The notes under the pieces: generated by a model
The model's database searches: none
What the model saw: only the letters and a program-made list of their open reading frames with translations
Told to the model about the DNA's origin: nothing
Origin: Macrostomum lignano
Lineage: Eukaryota
Direction of reading: 5' to 3'
Assembly: GCA_002269645.1 (NCBI GenBank)
Contig: NIVC01003511.1
Span: forward strand, 1 to 64,000
DNA: 64,000 nucleotides
In this document: positions 1 to 11,528 of the stretch, piece after piece
How positions within the stretch are numbered: the stretch's first letter is position 1
How the letters are laid out: every line of letters starts with the position of its first letter
Translations under genes and position numbers: made by a program

Positions 1-75
1 GCTTCATTAGTTTTGGGGGACTTGTGCGCTTCATTAGTTTGGGGGACTTGTGCGCTTCATTTAGTTTTGGGGGAT
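1..75. repeat. Minisatellite, ~27-bp unit (gcttcattagttttgggggacttgtgc), ~3 copies, cut by the window edge
   Basis: Direct tandem copies visible. Confidence 0.85.
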
Positions 76-522
76 TTAAAACTGCTCAGAAGCTTGTATT
101 CACGACGGAATATTTGAAGTCTTTAGCTACATCACTAGCTGATCTAATTTGATTTTTTGCGAACGACTTTATAGCCAATTTGATTGTTTCACGAGAACCA
201 TTATTATTATATTTTACGAAGCAAGAGAATACTCCGTGACGTGTGTTGATAGGTTCGATCGTTTCTTTTAAAACTTCGATGTCGCGAATTCGACCCCATT
301 GTAACTGCAGTTTTAAACTTGTTCAATAGAGTGCTTCGAAATTTTAAATCTTCGAGATTCTCTGAGGAGCAAAAGGTTCAGTTATTTATTTAATTAAAAA
401 ACTAGACCTATCTTTAAAAAACTCAGTGAACTATTCGATGAAAAATATATGTATCGTTAAAAAAGGATGATATATTAAAATAATACGATGACATTCAAAA
501 CTTTGGGGAAAAGTTATCTGCG

Positions 523-790
523 CGGATCTGGGAGGCTGGCCCAGCAACTGAGGATCTGGGAGGCTGGCTCAGCAACTGAGGATCTGGGAGGCTGGCCAGC
601 GACTGAGGATCTGGGAGGCTGGCTCAGCAACTGAGGATCTGGGAGGCTGGCACAGCAACTGAGGATCTGGGAGGCTGGCTCAGCAACTGAGGATCTGGAG
701 GCTGGCCCAGCAACTGAGGATCTGGGAGGCTGGCCCAGCAACTGAGGATCTGGGAGGCTGTCCGAGCAACTGAGGATCTCGGAAGCGGTA
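523..790. repeat. Minisatellite, 28-bp unit (gcaactgaggatctgggaggctggccca), ~9 copies
   Basis: Period 28 (541 vs 569). Confidence 0.95.
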
Positions 791-1189
791 GCCTGGTAAC
801 TGGGAATCTGATAGGAAAACCCATAAACTTGTAGATTTTAATAACTACACTGGCTAGTAATAGAATCTCCTAAAAAAGCACCGAAGAAACAAGTAATTAT
901 AGAGAAATTCTTAATCTTACTTGCATTTATATTATTGATAAAATAACCCTTACAACCTTAAATTATCTTGCAACTATGATTTAAATAAATCGTACGTACA
1001 AGTCGGAGGTAAAAGAAATGACAATAATCGTGACGTATTCTAAGAAACACTGCATCATTTTATCAATTATTCTGGTGATCAGCAGATGAGGCTGGCGACG
1101 GAGTGGCAGAGTATTGCACCAGACAGCCACCAAAGGCATCGTCTTCACCGGCAGCTTGGGCATTTCTGACGACCGGCGCAGTCGGCGAA

Positions 1190-1510
1190 GCATTCATCAT
1201 CGAGGATATCGCCAAAGCATCCGCCGTCAAGGATGTCGCCGAAGCACCCACCGTCGAGGATGTCGCCGAAGCACCCACCATCGAGGATGTCGCCGAAGCA
1301 CCCACCGTCGAGGATGTCGCCGGAGCACCCACCATCGAGGATGTCGCCGAAGCACCCACCGTCGAGGATGTCGCCGAAACATCAACTATCGAGGACATCG
1401 CCGAAGCATTCACCTTCGAGGACGTCGCCGAAGCATCCATCTTTGAGGACGTCGCCGAAGCATCCACTGTCGATGCCGAGGCATCCGCCGTCGAGGACGC
1501 CGCCGAAGCA
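1190..1510. repeat. 27-bp degenerate tandem repeat (gatgtcgccgaagcacccaccgtcgag) at the 3' end of YJU2B
   Basis: Reads DVAEAPTVE repeats on + and ASATSSTVG repeats on -. Confidence 0.9.
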
Positions 1511-3175
1511 TCCACATCCACCTTCCGGACGTCACCGAAGCATCATCACGTGACCTGTTTCGCCGAAAAGTACCTCCAACAACGACGCCCATCATTCGCC
1601 GATTCTGACCAGTCCGTCGTTTCAACTCCTCCGGCTCCGCAGCCCTAGCCGACTTAAACGCCGAACAACCCGACTTTTTGTACTCTTCCTCCGAATTGGC
1701 ATCGGCACTAGCGACTCGTTTAGTCGGTCTGACAGCATCAACTGGAGCAACACCGCCCATCCGCAGCAGTTGAGCTCCGACTTCATCAGCCGACGATTCG
1801 GGCAACAATTCCAACGAGCCGCCAGTCAGCGAGTGTCTGGCAAGCAACTCTGCATCGCTGGCAGACTGGGCGGCCAGTCGCTTGCGTTCCTGGCGTAGGC
1901 CGGCTCGGACCAGACGATTCAACTGGATGTCAGCGGCGCCGCGAGCACCCGCATCGACGGCTAAAGCGGCGAGTCGAGGCGCGCTTTCTTCTCCGCGCTG
2001 TTCGTCGGATTTACCGTGCTCTAGTTTGTACATAGCATCGTTGCTAAGCGACGCTTTGTCTCGCCGTCCTCCGGCGCGATTTGACCATTCTCTGTTGGAT
2101 CCAGCGTTGCTCTTTTCGGCGAGCCCCGGATACGATGACGTAATCAAAGTTGGCGGGATCTGTGCGGATCAGATACCTAGAATGATGAGTGTGGGTCAGT
2201 CAGGTTATAAACACTACTGATCTCTACTTTGATTAAATGGGGACAACATAATTGACCCCTGTCTGTGATTAAATTTTGACCCCCTACTGTGATTAAATGG
2301 GAACAATTGATACCCTCCTGTGATCGATTGGGGACAATTGAACCCCCCCCCCCCGCTACTGTGAAAAAATGAGGACAATTGACCCCCACTACTGTGATTA
2401 AATAGGGACGATTGACCCTCCAGCTAGTGATTAAATGGGAACAATTGACCCCTACAGTGATTAAATGGGGACAATTGACCCCCAATAGTGAAAAATGGGG
2501 ATAATTGACCCCCACTACTGTGACTAGATTGCAACAATTGACATCCTTCTGCGGTCGATTGGGGACAACTGACCCCTGTCTGTGATTAAATTTTGACCCC
2601 CTACTGTGATTAAATGAGGGCAATCGACCCCCTAATGTGATTAAATGGGGACAACTGACCCCCAATAGTGAAAAAATGGGGATAATTGACCCCATTACTG
2701 TGATTAAATCGGAACAATTGACCCCCACTACTGTGATCAAGTGGGGACAGTTGAACCCACTACTGTGATCAAGTGGGACAATTGACCCCCTACTGAGATC
2801 AAACAGGGACAACTGACTCCCTCGAAATAAATGCAGTTAACTAAAATCTCTTAAGCAATAAAAAGCAAATTAACCAATAACAAACCTCTGATCGCACAGG
2901 TGACACTTCATATTAAACTCGTACACAGGTGTACTATAGTACATGCCGACCTTTTTCTTCTCGGCATTGTACCTGACACCCATAGCAACGTGTCTACCGC
3001 AGCCGCCGCACCAGATATTATAGGGCATCTCGAACCGGATAACAATAACGCCTTGACCGATCTTCTTAGCTCGTTCGCGCAGAGCGTGAGTGCCATGATA
3101 TGCGTCTAAGCTGCGATGCACCCGAGGATCAAAGTCTGGCGGATAATATTTGTTTGTACCTTTGCGTTCTCCCAT
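1410..3175 (-). CDS. YJU2B: CWC16-family splicing factor CCDC130/YJU2B; exon 1 3175-2886, exon 2 from 2176; two apparent 1-bp deletions (~2101, ~2049); true stop uncertain
   Basis: MGERKGTNKYYPPDF...IRFEMPYNIWC..C..H..MGVRYNAEKKKVG..Y..P.Y.F.MKCHLC is the CCDC130 N-terminus. A phase-2 GT/AG intron joins DQR|YLIRTDPANFDYVIVSGARRKEQRW; the later LSNDAMYKLEHG and IQLNRLVR blocks match CCDC130. Confidence 0.93.
2228..2815. repeat. Degenerate ~30-33-bp minisatellite (gtgattaaatggggacaattgacccc...) filling the YJU2B intron
   Basis: Tandem degenerate copies. Confidence 0.9.
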
Positions 3176-3309
3176 GGTAACTATATATCAGCGAATTCCA
3201 CGACCGATTTAGTGCCCTCTCGCTGTTCAGGCAGGTACGCTGAAAAAGTAAAAAACTAATAATTAATTTTTTTGTAGAAAAATTGGCTCTATTTGAATTT
3301 CACACCTTA

Positions 3310-3570
3310 ATAATCTTTATCGCTAATTATTTACACCTGTAGTTGTTTTTATCGCCAATTATTCTCACCTCAGCCCTCTTTATCGCTGATTATTCACACC
3401 TTTTGTCATATTTATCGCTAATTATTCCCACCTTTAGTCATCTTTATCGCTAATTATTCTCATTTTTAGTCATATTTATCGCTAATTATTTTCACCTTAG
3501 CCATCTTTATCGCTAATTATTTACATATTTAGTCATCTTTATCGCTAAGTATTCACACCTTAGTCATCCT
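3310..3570. repeat. ~30-bp minisatellite (tttatcgctaattattcacaccttagtcatc)
   Basis: Tandem copies between NOC4L and YJU2B. Confidence 0.85.
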
Positions 3571-3778
3571 TATTACAAATTATCCAAACTTAATTAGTGA
3601 ACCAATTAAACAATTACCAAATCAGAACGGTTTTGTCCACAAATTCTAAACCAGTTGAAAATTAGCAGTTGGAAAAATTGGAAAATGCACGAATAAATGT
3701 ATTTTGCAAACAAATTTATTCTGAAATAGTCACGATCAGTAAGAGCACAGAAACTGAGACAGACTCTCGGTGATACAG

Positions 3779-5768
3779 TTAACACCATCCATCCAGTTGC
3801 TTCAACAGCTCGTCTCCGTCAACAGCTGGGTCGACTTCTTCGTCGCTAGCGTAGCCAGATTCTTTCAAAGCTTCCGCCTGTTTCAGACAGTCAGGCAGAA
3901 GATCCTCGCACACCTGGTCCCGTCGCGACCACCTGTGGGACGAGAGAGAGAGTGAAGTTTAAACTCTACTTGCGCATCGATTATGAAATTTTCGTGTTAT
4001 TTTTGGTGTCAAACAATTGAAGCCATTACAGAAAATCTTTCAAGACTTTCTAAATCCCTTTAGGCTCTTTCCGAATCCCATTAGGCTTTTCTAGAATCCA
4101 ATTAGGCTCCTTCCGAATCCCTTTAGGCTCTTTTCAAATCTCATTAGGCTCTTTCTGAATCCCTTTAGGCTCTTTTCAAATCTCATTAGGCTCTTTCCGA
4201 ATCCCTTTAGGCTCTTTTCAAATCTCATTAGGCTCTTTCCGAATCCCTTTAGGCTTTTTCCGAATCCCAATGGCTCTTTCCGAATCTCAATAAACTCTTT
4301 CCGAATCCCATTAGGCTCTTTCCAAATCCCCTTAAGCTCTTTCCTAATCCAATTCAAAGGCTCTTTCCGAGTTCAATTAGGCTCTTTCGGAATCTAATTA
4401 GGCTTTTTTCGGAATTCCATTAGGCTCTTTTTGAATCCAACTAGACTATTTCCTAGTTCAATTAGGCTCTTTCCGAATCCCACTAAGCTCTTTCCAAATT
4501 CCCTGACGCTCATTCCGAATCCCATTAAAGACTCTTTCCGAATATCTTCAACTCTAAAGTTTAAACTGTTTCCAATAACCTCACCAAAAATCTCACCTGT
4601 TTGTCGCAAAAATCTTCCACAACAGACAGAGCCCTATTGATCTTTTTAGCCATCTGTCCAACCGACAGTTCCCAATGCCGCTGCAGAACTCTCAGCTCCC
4701 ATAGCGAATATCCAGGCGAAGCGGCTTCAGCTTCGTCAGACTGATTGACATGCTAAACTCATTTGAACCGCCTGAACCATTCAGCTTCTCGTTAGCCTCT
4801 TTAACGTCCTCATCGTCTTCAGCCTGCCTATGCACCAGATACTGACACTTCTTATGACGTCGGAGCAGGTTCAACACTAGGCCAATCAGCATTGGCTGAC
4901 AATAACACGGCGCCAACAGGCACAGACTCGCTAGTCTCTTAGCAAACGCGGCAATTCTAGCCGTGGAAATATTCGTAGCCGTCAAGATAAGATCTAACTG
5001 ACGATAGAATCGGCCACGATAAGGCGACATCAAGCCGCTTAACGACACCAGCTGGTACAGTCGATCAAACAGAGGACCATAATCTAGAGAATAGTTGAAC
5101 ACCAGATGAAATACGCAAGGAGTTGCGGCCATGCCAACTTCAACGTTGTTGCTTTCGAAAGCGGACATAATGAAGTCGGCTAGTTGCATAGCATTAGTCA
5201 GCAGGCCTAATACACGATCATTTAGCAGCACTAGCAGACTGCATAACTGCTTGCTCTTATTGCTAACTGGCAGTGGACAATCTAGATAGCGACGCCACAA
5301 TTTGCCGTACTGTTTACGCAACTGACTAATAGACATTAGTTTCTTCTGCAATTGACTATAGAATTCCGATTGTTTCGACCAGAAACTGTGACAGCGACTG
5401 TCCGATTCTGGTTGAGTCTTCTGCAATAGCAGACGATCCTGCCGAGTTAGCCGTTTAGGAAAATTGAACGCAAGTAGGAGACGCTCAATATTGGCGTGAC
5501 GAATTCTGTAGTTAATACTTTCTAACTTATTACTACTAGTAGCTAGCTTTCTTAATTCCGCGTCAAGAACTTGCATGCACATTAGGGAGACGTCTGAATA
5601 AGCCAGATACGGCTGTAGCTCAGATACCAATGCAGTCTGTTCTTCCTCATCTTGACAGCTGATTAACCAGCCTATAGGATCTTCGAAATCGGCTCGTCTT
5701 GGAACTGACTGCTGAATCTGTTGCCAGTTCAACAAGTTGGAAGGATTTTTAGTTGACGATAATGACGC
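3779..5768 (-). CDS. NOC4L: Nucleolar complex protein 4 homologue (CBF/Mak21 domain); exon 5768-4597 (frameshift ~4747), probable last exon 3932-3779; upstream exon(s) not located
   Basis: YRGRFYRQLDLILTA...AAFAKRLASLCLLAP...LNLLRRHKKCQYLVHR and, after the frameshift, SLWELRVLQRHW..V..A..IN.ALS match NOC4; ctgcag acceptor at 5769 and gtgag donor at 4596. Confidence 0.88.
4040..4545. repeat. 21-bp minisatellite (aggctctttccgaatcccatt) in the last NOC4L intron
   Basis: Tandem copies. Confidence 0.93.
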
Positions 5769-6071
5769 CTGCAGTGTTGAATTTGTAACTTGATTTATTG
5801 CCTGTGCAGTTGCTACAATAACTCAGCAGTACAATTTTGTATATAACATTCAAGGTGTTTCTTTTATGAGTAGTATAGATAAAGTAGCATTGGCTATTTT
5901 AGTATTGTTAGGCCTATAAGATCTCTTAGAAAAACAAAACATTAGTATTCATAATATGACTTATAATATCACTATCTAGTGTATTTCGTTATCACCCCAT
6001 TGACATCATCCCCTAGGCAGAATTTCTTCCCTCTTAGTGTACCTTTGTGAGCCCGCCTTATGAAATGTTTC

Positions 6072-8000
6072 CAGTGATGGGCATAGCGGGCACTAAATTT
6101 GAAATTTGCTATGGTGCCACTACAATTTTTGAAATTTGCTAATATTGCTAAATTGAAATTTGACTTAGCGTATGCTACAAAAGTGCCACTACATTTTGCT
6201 CAAATTTGCTAAAAATTGAAATTTGCTAAATTTTAGGCAACTAATTTTCTTTTATATCGTTTTTTAGGGTTTTCAGTCTTGTAAACAATATTGTTTTACT
6301 GATTTTATTTTTTTTAATATTTTTTAATGTACATAACGCAACAGTATTTAGAATTTATAATCAAGTCATGTATATTGTACTGATATTGTCATACTGATAC
6401 TGGTAGGGATAGAAATAAAATAAATTGATAGTCAGTCATATTCATAGTCATAGGACTCATAGATAGATCATAGACTGATGCTGATGTCTAATAGACAATA
6501 GTGATAACTGATAACTGATGACTGATGAGTTTAATTTTTCTTTTTTCTTTTTGTTACTTGTCCTGTTTTTCAGTGTTGGGCAATTCCGTTACCGAGTAAC
6601 TTGCAAATGGTAACGCAAGAAGTCCATTACAGTTACTTTGCAACAATCACAATATTTAAATTTAAAACTGAAATGCTTAGCTATTACGCCGGTTGTCACA
6701 TGTTTTTGCATTTTTCATTCCTAAATTCAAAATTAAATGAATAGTATCATATGGTATTGCGCTTAATTAATGAAGAAATACTTGAAACATGTTTTACTTT
6801 GTTAATTTCGGTAAAATATTTTCGCCTTTCATTTTCGTTACTAAAAATTTTCAAGTTTGATTCAAACAAACAACCAAAGAAAGAAATTCATCTGTAGTCT
6901 CCACAAGTCCCTCCACTGGCACTGCAGTACACTGCACCATTTTATACAGTTCTATTTATTTTACTCTATTGAATTATTGATATTCGTTCATTTTATCATT
7001 TATAATTTTAATTATTGATTGCCATTGCCCATTGGTCCTTCTACTTGCCTCACATTGTGTCGCCAATTCCTGTCTCTGTCTGGTAATCGGTTAATCCCAA
7101 TGCCCAATGGCAAATTTCGGTAACAACAATGTGAAAAATGTGCAATGTGAAAAAAAAACAGAAAATTTTGTTAATAACATGGGTAACGGAAGTGAGTAAC
7201 GGACAGTAACTTAAAAGTTACCAGGTTTTTGTCTAAAGTTACTAGGCTAACATAAGTTACTTTTTAAAAATTGGTAACTTAAGTTACAGTAACGCAAGTT
7301 ACTTTTTTTAAGTAACTTGCCCAACACTGCTGTTTTTTGCTACTGTTGTTCTTGCTGTTTGTTTTTTGTCTAAATAATTATTTTATCTCCTAAATAAGTC
7401 TATAAATGTTCATTTTAATTTTTAATTTATTCAATTTCTTCAATTGCGAATGCCATAAGTATAATACAATTCCATAAATCAGTAATTCAATCAATTCTAA
7501 TAGTAGAATTTAAATAGTCACGTCAATTACTATCACTGACTACTGACTAGCAATGGTGACCAACTTGGCAACTGGCAATGGCAGTGGCAACTTATTAAGT
7601 AAAGTTACTAAACTTACTATGGTACTACTGTCTGTTAGTATTAGTGTTACTATACTGGTTACCTTACCTTATCCTTTGGCTTTGCACAGTATAAGTACAA
7701 TTAACTTTTTTTAATTTGACAAATTTTTAACTAATTTGCGTTTTATTTTAATAAATATAAAGTAAAATCTTTCTAATATTCACAAGCTTAAACTAAAGAA
7801 AAGAAAAGGTAAATATGAATATTTTTTTCATGTTTTTAGGAAAATTTAAGTTTCAGCAAATTTTATATTTAGTGGCACTATAAATTTGCTAATTTTGAAA
7901 CTAAAATAGCAGCCACTATATAGCGCTAACTTTTTTTAAATTTGATAGTGGAAATGCTATATAGTGGCACTACAAAAATATTTAGTGGTGCCCATCATTG
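6072..8000. mobile_element. Non-autonomous hAT-type DNA transposon (1929 bp)
   Basis: TIR CAGTGATGGGCA / TGCCCATCATTG (11/12); 8-bp TSD AATGTTTC at 6064-6071 and 8001-8008; subterminal gccacta/tagtggc repeats. Confidence 0.88.
6571..7329. mobile_element. hAT-type MITE (759 bp) nested in the 6072-8000 element
   Basis: Perfect 13-bp TIR CAGTGTTGGGCAA; 8-bp TSD CTGTTTTT at 6563-6570 and 7330-7337; gtaac/gttac subterminal repeats. Confidence 0.92.
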
Positions 8001-9071
8001 AATGTTTCTTGCATTATTGTTTTAAATAGGGTATACCTAGTGTTAATTATTTCTACCGAGTGTATCAATTCTTGCTCATTACATGTAACCCTCTATCCTA
8101 CCTAGGGTGACCTTTTTCTTTCTGATAGCTTATGAGATCATATTTAAGAGTCTGCATCCCTTTTTCCCACTAGACTCTCAATTGAGCTCATCCGCTTCCT
8201 AGATTCCAAGTTCCAAATATTTAAGTGGACCCTAAGTGTAAGCCCAATTTTTCAGACCCAACTAGCTACTCTCCCAATTAGCCATCTAATTAATTTGCTC
8301 CATGCTAATAACTATTTCTTGTTTACATCTTTAGCCATTTAAATAGTAATAACTATCTAGTTTAGTGTTGCAATAAATTACAAAGCAGTTAAATTGTGTG
8401 TTAAATGGTGTCTTAAACTTTTATGACCTTGGAAACATTCATTTGACCCTTGGTGGTCTTACTCAAGAAAAGTTCTAAGGTAGATCTGAGTAAATTTTAA
8501 CTTTAGAGCATTTTTCTATGAATTATTGTGGTAGAAATAGCAACCTACTACTCTTAGTACAACAGTCAGCAAATTCTTGTTTATTTAAAGTTTTTTGTAG
8601 CAGCTTCATTTCTGCATATTGGCATTCTAAGAGACAGCATTAACTAGACCACTGTTACAACCACAGCTAACCTCCCCATGAGCCTAACTAACTTAGTAGC
8701 CAGAAGAGCTCCCTATATTTTGCAGTCTGTGTCTCATTCATAAATGCCCAACCTCAAAATTTTCTCTTGTCTAGTGCGATTTAGTTTTGTCTAGATTTGC
8801 AACTTAGTTCCTCCCAATTGTGACTTAATACTTAGTTCCTTTCAATTGTAACTTAATTTTCACTTTGTATATGACTTTTCTTGTTTTTTCCTTTTTTCTC
8901 TTTTTTCCTCTCTTTCTTTTCTCCCTCCTTTCTTTTCCTTTGTCTTCCTCTCCTTTCTTTCTTCCCCCAATTTTTTATTTTTTTATATTTTCAATTTTGT
9001 GACTTACCTTGGCTAGCAGCCATTTTACATATCTAATTTGGATAGGTCATACAGGTGTTGGGCATGTATAG

Positions 9072-9348
9072 CATACATGCGCAACCCCCCTGATTTACAC
9101 TGGCCATGCGACTTACTTTTTGACCAGAAATGCGACTTACCTGTGAAAGAAACCCTAGAGCAACATTAACGTAATTTTGGGTAAACGGCAGGAGTAACTA
9201 TGACTCTCTTATAAGGGCTAAATGCCTCGTCATCTAATTAGTACTACGTCTGTATTCTTTGGGGTGGGCATTTTTGTGACTTACCCCTGGTCCACCACAA
9301 TTTACGGTGGCCAGATCAGCCAGGTCGGCCAGCAGTTGCGCATGTATG
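9072..9348. mobile_element. 277-bp MITE-like element E1 carrying a 28S-rRNA-derived core
   Basis: Perfect 14-bp TIR CATACATGCGCAAC; 8-bp TSD ATGTAT(A/G)G at 9064-9071 and 9349-9356; core 9134-9244. Confidence 0.85.
9179..9242 (+). other. 64-nt 28S rRNA fragment (H69-H71, R2/I-PpoI target region); not an rRNA gene
   Basis: GGGTAAACGGCAGGAGTAACTATGACTCTCTTA-taagggct-AAATGCCTCGTCATCTAATTAGT vs the conserved eukaryotic GGGTAAACGGCGGGAGTAACTATGACTCTCTTA-AGGTAGCC-AAATGCCTCGTCATCTAATTAGT (57/64 ungapped). Confidence 0.92.
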
Positions 9349-11528
9349 ATGTATGGTCTCATTCAAGTTCCTTTTAAATCATAATAACATAAAGACAAGT
9401 GTTAATTTAAACAGCCTAAAACCAAAGACTAATCACCAAGATGATTGTTTCTAACCCCCATCTTTATGACACTTTGAATGTCTATTGCCAAAATATCATT
9501 GCCTATTAGAACTGGACATTCATATATATATATATACTATTTATAATTTATAACTGTAATTTTTCAAGAAACTGCTTTCCATTGCTAGGGACTCCAATGA
9601 GATTATAGCATAAATTAAAAAACACAAAATATAACCAAAGCAGTACTACTTACTTAGGAATGCAAAAAAGTTATATAATATAAAATATAAATGATGAGTT
9701 AATATACATTTTAGGAGCAAAAAATGCTTTAAAATAAGACAAAATATAGATCAATTGGACAAATTTTACAAGTTATATTGAAGACAAGTTTTATATTTTT
9801 GCAAGAATTTTACAATAGTGACTATTATAGAAAATATTATTCTTTTGTTTTTTTAATTTTTCGAAGAAACACTTTATTATAATATAAAATTGTAATGTTA
9901 AAAGCATTCTAGATATAAAAATGCTATTTAAGGCCAACATTTTTTTAAGTTTTAGATTTCACCAAAAAATCATGTTTTTTAACTTAAGATTGTTTTGTTT
10001 TTGTTTTCTAATGGGCAATGTCATAAGCCACAATATAAGGTATCACAAAAAAACTTATATAAAGAAAAAAAGGTATATAAAAAACTTTTAATTGTAATAT
10101 TATCTACAAAAAGATAATAGTCCCTTAAAGGCAAAATACATTATAAGCCAAAAAACTCAATGACAAAATTTTGCATAACTTTTTTCATCCAAATTTCAAA
10201 AGTGAGATGTCGACTCTTACTTCTACAAACAAGATCTATCAAACTGCATAAAAGCCTAGCCTAATAAATAAAAGTAAAAAATAGAAGTTTCAAAATCTCA
10301 CTGGAGTCCTTAACATTGCCACTTAATTTGACTTTATAGCCTAATGCAAAGTCATTCTATTATAAATATTTTGTCCTAGGGCTTATTTCTGTCCTCCAAC
10401 TATCTTACTAATTGCCACCAAAGTTGTGCTAGGGGTTATTTCTATCTCACCAAGTTGTAATAGGTTTCTAATTTCCCTTTATTAAATTTCTACTGCTGAC
10501 AATAAATCTTGCCTTAATGTTTCTAACTGTTTCTTAGAATCTCATATATTTTCTGGGTAGCATTCTTAGTAGTGTTCTGGTAGCATTCTTAGTATATGGT
10601 CTGAGCAGTCAGCAGTCTTACTAGTATATATACTTTCTCTCTTTCTCCAGTCTAGGCATTACCAAGATTAGAGGATCATAGCGATCACTCTTAGTATTCT
10701 TTTTGCATGAATTCCCACTTCTGACTTTCAATACTACTTTACAAGACTCTTAGAAATGAACAACAATCTGAGAACTAAATTCATTTATATTCTATTGAAC
10801 AAGTGAACACAAGTATTATACGAGTGCATGAGTTGGTCTTCCTACCTCCAATTTCAAACTTCGCTCTTATTTATACCACCTTGACTATATATATTTATAA
10901 CAAATGTAGAATATTAGGATTTTTTGCAAATTAAAACAAAACATAGGCCCTAATTTTCAAGTAATTTTTTTAAATAAGGTTTCCTAGAAAACAATAACTG
11001 CTTCTACAATTTTGATTACAATAAAACTTTATTTTTAAAATTTTAATTAAATAAAACCCAATAAATAGATAGCCTAACCATTAAAAATGTTTATTTTTTA
11101 TAAAAAATAGCCTAGGCCTATCAATATAAAAATGTATACTTCTTAAATTTCCCATTGTCATTTTGTTCTCATATGGGTTTTATGGCTTAGAATATAAACC
11201 TAAGATATTGATAAGTCTAGTTCTCTAGTACTTAAAAACAAAATTTTAAGTGCTAGGCCTAGTGCTAAATTACCTTAGATAGCCAATTTAGCACTAGGCC
11301 CTAAATATTTCCTAAAGGCATAAAACTTTTACCAAACACATTAATAGTAGAATTATATGAAAGTAAAAAAAGATTATCCTAGATCATGTGGTTTTTTAAA
11401 GTTAAGTTAATGAAATGCACATTTTAAGCATTAGGCCCTATAAAATGAAGCTACTGCCAGTATCAGTATGGCTGGCTGACCTCCAGGCCTCCAGCGCCAC
11501 AATCTATTGTCCCTGCTGCTGAAGTTAA

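Larger units (their letters stand above)
8739..9355. mobile_element. hAT-like MITE whose right TIR is split by the 9072-9348 insertion
   Basis: Left TIR CATAAATGCCCAAC; right TIR rebuilds as gttgggc(9057-9063)+atgtatg(9349-9355); 8-bp TSD GTCTCATT at 8731-8738 and 9356-9363. Confidence 0.8.

Noticed and set aside
6515-6530. Hammerhead ribozyme core (CTGATGAG)
   Set aside because: No matching GAAA box or flanking stems; part of a simple actgat repeat
9134-9244. Functional rRNA gene or U1 snRNA gene
   Set aside because: Only 64 nt match 28S with helix-breaking changes and no flanking rDNA; the U1 match is just 9 nt with no U1 stem-loops or Sm site
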